Both the position numbers and the translations under genes were made by a program. A stretch of DNA of 10,328 bases from an uncultured Myxococcales bacterium (lineage in GTDB: Bacteria > Myxococcota > UBA4151), in contig CAXGWI010000130.1 in the NCBI GenBank assembly GCA_964013405.1, positions 1 through 10,328 on the forward strand, in the 5' to 3' direction. This document shows, in pieces, positions 7,078 to 10,328 of the stretch; positions within the stretch are counted from its first letter, which is position 1; the number at the start of each line of letters is the position of its first letter. The notes beneath the pieces are model-generated. The model saw only the letters and a list, made by a program, of their open reading frames with translations, was not told where the DNA came from and made no database searches.

Positions 7078-7145
7078 ACGGCCTCCGCCCCCCAGCCTAG
7101 ACTGGATCCCTCGAGCCGGTCAAAAGGCGAGCCTTCAAGGCCCGC

Positions 7146-7599
7146 TCAGAATGACAGCCCCAGTTCCGTAAAAAGGATACCATCCACGTGCTCGACGGAG
7201 ATCCAGTCCACGTCGGGTTCACCGGCCGGAGGATCCGGTGTGCCCAAATAGGACACTCGAAAACTCAAGAAACCTTTTGCGACGGGCACACGGGCGCTGA
7301 GCCCCACACTGGGACCGACCCAAAGGTCGGCATCGCCCGTCGTCCAAGGACTGGGCGCCAGCTTCAAACCAAGAAAGCCGCCCACTCGATGGGCTCCTAG
7401 TGAACGCCCTGCGTGAAGTTCAACAGGCACAAGAAAGTCCTCTTTGACCCCCTCCATCAAGGCCTCCTCCCCCACCTGAATCTGGAGTGCGAGCCCGGTC
7501 CCTTTGAGATCGTCATCGATCTGGCAAGCGGCCCGAAGGTCGATCGGCCCGGACTTTTGCCGGGACTCCGCAGGCGGCCATCACCGACCGTCAGTCCAT
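7146..7599 (-). pseudogene. Probable disrupted or truncated outer-membrane beta-strand protein
   Basis: RBS GAGGGGG (7608-7614) precedes ATG 7599, but codon 3 is TGA (7591-7593). A different frame is open from 7580 to 7146. It encodes amphipathic strands (GTGLALQIQV, VELHAG, VGGFLGLKL, VGPSVGLSARVP, FLSFRVSY) and ends FTELGLSF, with a terminal Phe. It could instead be an intact 109-aa CDS at 7146..7475. Confidence 0.45.
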
Positions 7600-7636
7600 A
7601 GCGACGTCCCCCTCGATTGCCTAGAGGCTGAAGGAC

Positions 7637-9040
7637 TCAGGCTCCCAGGAGGACGTTGTCCAGGTTCCCCTTGTCGGTGATGTCGGGATGACCCACGTGG
7701 TCCACGTTGTCGAGGCCCAGGGCGTGCATGATCGTCGTGAGTAAAAGGGTGTGTGGCCGACCACCGTGGTCTCTCCACTTGCCCCCGGAAGGCCAGTTGC
7801 CGAAGTTGTGGTAATAGCCCATGCGCAGACGGGTCCGACGGCCCCCCAACAACACAAAGGGCAAGTTGCGGGATGAATGGGTCGCCCCCTCGCCCATGGG
7901 CTGACCCCAGATGATCAACGTGTTGTCGAGGGCAGTGGTCCCGTCGGCTTCAGGAATCGCCGCCAGTAGATCCATGAATTGGGCCAACTGCTGGGCATGA
8001 AACCGGTTAAAATCAACCATCACCTGGTGGGCGTCGGGGTCCCGATCGGCTTCATGGGAGATCGGGTGGAGGTCTCCGCTCGGGATCACCGAATTCAGGT
8101 GTCTTGCATTCCCAGTGGCTCCCTCGTCCCCCCAAGTGACCCCGAAGATCCGAGATGCCTGACAACGGATGGCTGCCGCGATGAGCGCGAACCACGTCTC
8201 GGTAAAGGGCACATAATTAAAGCGGAACAAGTTCAGGTCATCGGGATCGGTGGGCTGGGATGGCTGATCGCAGGCCAACTGGTCAGCGTTTAGATTCCGC
8301 ATGGCCCGCTCCAGGGATTCGAGGTGCCGACCAAAGCCTTCTTGGTCAGCCACCGACACCTGTTGCCGCAGCTCATTCAGTCGGCCGTACGCCAGCTCGT
8401 AGCCCATGTGGCGGGCGACCTTGGCCCGGTCGGAGCCACTACCAGCGGCCTGGTCGCCCCAGATCCGCTGGAAATAGTCCTCTTGACGAAAGTCACCCAT
8501 GATCGGGCTGTGGAGGCCCGCGTAGTGGGCACAGGTATTGCCGAAGACACAACTGCCCTTCTTACCGATCTTGATGATATGATTGTCCGCTGGATCGAGT
8601 CCCCAAGCTCGGGCCAAATCCTGGTCCATCGTAGGCCCACTACCCATCGAATCGTCGCCCTGGCAGGTCGACAGTTGAGTGAGGGGATATCCGCTCCAAA
8701 GGGTGGAGCGCGCGGCATGGCCCCGCTGGCGGACGCCAGGGATCTGCGGGAAGAAATGCTCGGTGGCTAAATCCAAGCCTTCCACCAATAGCATTTGATC
8801 TACGTAGCGCCCGAGGGGTGACAGGATGGGCCCCAGTTTGTCAGAGGTGATGGCTTGGCCCGAGCTCAGCATCGGCCGCCAGCCACCGATGATACGGGAG
8901 CCGTTGGGACTGGTGTAGAAGACAACTCGCTGCTCAGGCACCCCGTCAGCCAAAGCCCGCCGGGGAACGAGACCAGCAAGCCCGGCCGCAGAGGCGAGGG
9001 CGGTCATCTTCAGGAAATCTCGTCGGCTCCAGGGACGCAT
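7637..9040 (-). CDS. DUF1552 (HXXSHH family) protein with a Tat signal peptide
   Basis: ATG 9040 with GGAGG at 9053-9057. Twin-arginine SRRDFLK and an ALA cleavage site. Family motifs: VVFYTSPNG, LGPILSPL...DQMLLVEGLD, GH, TMDQ.LA, HLESL..., A.A.RC..SRI, HPISHE, E.DGTTALDNTLI.W...MG.G..H...NLPFVLLG. Confidence 0.88.
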   Translation of the reverse strand: MRPWSRRDFLKMTALASAAGLAGLVPRRALADGVPEQRVVFYTSPNGSRIIGGWRPMLSSGQAITSDKLGPILSPLGRYVDQMLLVEGLDLATEHFFPQIPGVRQRGHAARSTLWSGYPLTQLSTCQGDDSMGSGPTMDQDLARAWGLDPADNHIIKIGKKGSCVFGNTCAHYAGLHSPIMGDFRQEDYFQRIWGDQAAGSGSDRAKVARHMGYELAYGRLNELRQQVSVADQEGFGRHLESLERAMRNLNADQLACDQPSQPTDPDDLNLFRFNYVPFTETWFALIAAAIRCQASRIFGVTWGDEGATGNARHLNSVIPSGDLHPISHEADRDPDAHQVMVDFNRFHAQQLAQFMDLLAAIPEADGTTALDNTLIIWGQPMGEGATHSSRNLPFVLLGGRRTRLRMGYYHNFGNWPSGGKWRDHGGRPHTLLLTTIMHALGLDNVDHVGHPDITDKGNLDNVLLGA

Positions 9041-9044
9041 GGGC

Positions 9045-10328
9045 TTACGGGGCCTCCGCGGCAAATTGACGGTAGAGAAAGGAGCGACTGGTGGCGATGG
9101 CGACCAGCAACTCGGGAATGTTCAAATCGGAGTCGAGGAAGCGCTCGTGAATCCGCCCCAAGCTGCCCGCATCTTCGGGCGTCGCATCCCGCCGCAGAGC
9201 GTATCGAAACCACTGTAGGGTGTAGCAGGCTTGCACTCTGGGGTTCTCTCCGAGACTGCGGGCGAAGGCCACACTGTCGGGGAACGAGACTCGTTCTTCA
9301 TCACAGAGGTTGTCCTGGCCGTACTCGCCCTGGGTCACGATGGGATGCCCACGGTCTTCCTGGCGATATCGGCCGGCCGCATCGTAGCTCTCTAGGGCTA
9401 GACCAAGAGGGTTCATTTGTTCGTGACAGCTCTTGCACGGCTGGGCTGCCACCGTGAAGGCCAGGTCGTCGGCCGCGGTTTGGTTCGCCGGTCGCTCCGG
9501 CGGCGGGAAGTTGTTCACCGGCGGTGCCAGTTCATCGCAAAATACATCCTTCAACAGGTTCGCACCCCGTAAAATCGGGCGACTGCTCGCTTCATCGGAG
9601 TTCCAAGCGCTGGCGAGAAAGGCCGGCTGGGTAATGAGCCCAGCCCGCTCGCTGGCCGGCAGCTCATGGATCTCGAACTGGCCGTAGGTATCGATGGGTT
9701 CGGCCCCTTCAAGGCCGAAGTACTCTTTAGCCAAATCATTCGGACCGGTCACCGACGTGCTGGCTGAGGACATCAACTGCCGAAAAGAGCCCCCGCCCTT
9801 CAGCGCAACATAGGCAGCCCAGACCACCGCCGAGCGGCGCAGGGCCGAAAAGGTCTCAGCGCTGAAGTTGCGTACGTGGTCCTCATCCTTCTCAATGTAG
9901 GCGTCGTCGTGGATGTTCAACCAGCGCTGGTGAAAATGCTGCATGGCGTAGCGGGATTCTGTTTCCTGCGCCAAAAGTTCTCGGGCCCAGGACTCAACGC
10001 CTTCATCGGTATCAAAGCGCCCCGCCTGGGCTTCGTCCAACATCTCCTCGGTCGGAGGATGGCTGGTGAGGAAGAAGGCGAGCCGGTTCACGATCTCCAG
10101 GCGACTCAAGCGACGTTCATCGAGGTTCTGGTCTAACTCACGGCCCCGCTCCAGATGATACAGCGTGTCCGGATAGACGAGGAGCGCCTCGATAAGGTAG
10201 CGCATCCTGGCATCAAAACTCTCACGGGAGCCCACATTGTAGATGTTGATGAAGCTGTTGAACTCTCGATCGGTGATCGGGCGCCAAAACAGACGGTAGG
10301 CGATCCAGCAAAAAAAGGCTTCTCCACA
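9045..10328 (-). CDS. 5'-partial DUF1595/DUF1592/DUF1588/DUF1585 (PSD/PSCyt) multidomain protein with a CxxCH motif
   Basis: The frame is open to the window edge (CGEAFFCWIAYRLFWRPITDRE...EALLVYPDTLYHLE, DUF1595-like). Further motifs: LS..EI..RLAFFL...PP (DUF1592), ERAGLITQPAFL..SRPILRG...L...FC....PP and CKSCH..MNPLGLALESYDA.GRYR (DUF1588; CxxCH at 9423-9437), and C...QWFRYAL.R...L..LLVAIATS.SF (DUF1585). The stop lies 4 nt before the DUF1552 start. Confidence 0.9.
   Translation of the reverse strand, partial: CGEAFFCWIAYRLFWRPITDREFNSFINIYNVGSRESFDARMRYLIEALLVYPDTLYHLERGRELDQNLDERRLSRLEIVNRLAFFLTSHPPTEEMLDEAQAGRFDTDEGVESWARELLAQETESRYAMQHFHQRWLNIHDDAYIEKDEDHVRNFSAETFSALRRSAVVWAAYVALKGGGSFRQLMSSASTSVTGPNDLAKEYFGLEGAEPIDTYGQFEIHELPASERAGLITQPAFLASAWNSDEASSRPILRGANLLKDVFCDELAPPVNNFPPPERPANQTAADDLAFTVAAQPCKSCHEQMNPLGLALESYDAAGRYRQEDRGHPIVTQGEYGQDNLCDEERVSFPDSVAFARSLGENPRVQACYTLQWFRYALRRDATPEDAGSLGRIHERFLDSDLNIPELLVAIATSRSFLYRQFAAEAP

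Noticed and set aside
7575..7593. UGA followed directly by a GNRA-capped hairpin (CGGUCG-GUGA-UGGCCG), suggesting selenocysteine readthrough
   Set aside because: Sec at codon 3 has no redox-motif context, the hairpin does not have the usual bacterial SECIS spacing, and the frame closes after 28 codons.
10310..10316. A7 homopolymer as a possible phase-variation or frameshift site
   Set aside because: The frame stays open and DUF1595-like across it (CGEAFFCW), and the run is short.

Overview
GC-rich bacterial window, most likely Myxococcota. This is inferred from a Myxococcus-type cysteine-rich repeat, MopE-like DCDD repeats, a stand-alone STAS/SEC14 protein and a DUF1592/DUF1552 pair. Left half: a 5'-truncated multidomain protein resembling a clan-A glycoside hydrolase with FN3 and ConA/LamG-like domains, a renalase-like FAD oxidoreductase, a small 3-TM protein on the - strand, a lipoprotein with Asp/Cys repeats and a proprotein-convertase P domain but no protease domain, and a STAS/SEC14 protein. 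Right half: a co-oriented - strand cluster of a DUF1595/1592/1588/1585 CxxCH protein (truncated by the window edge), a Tat-exported DUF1552 protein, an apparently broken outer-membrane beta-strand protein, a gluzincin-type metallopeptidase lipoprotein and a small membrane protein. No rRNA, tRNA, CRISPR array or mobile element was seen. All family calls come from motif recognition by eye; no database searches were run.
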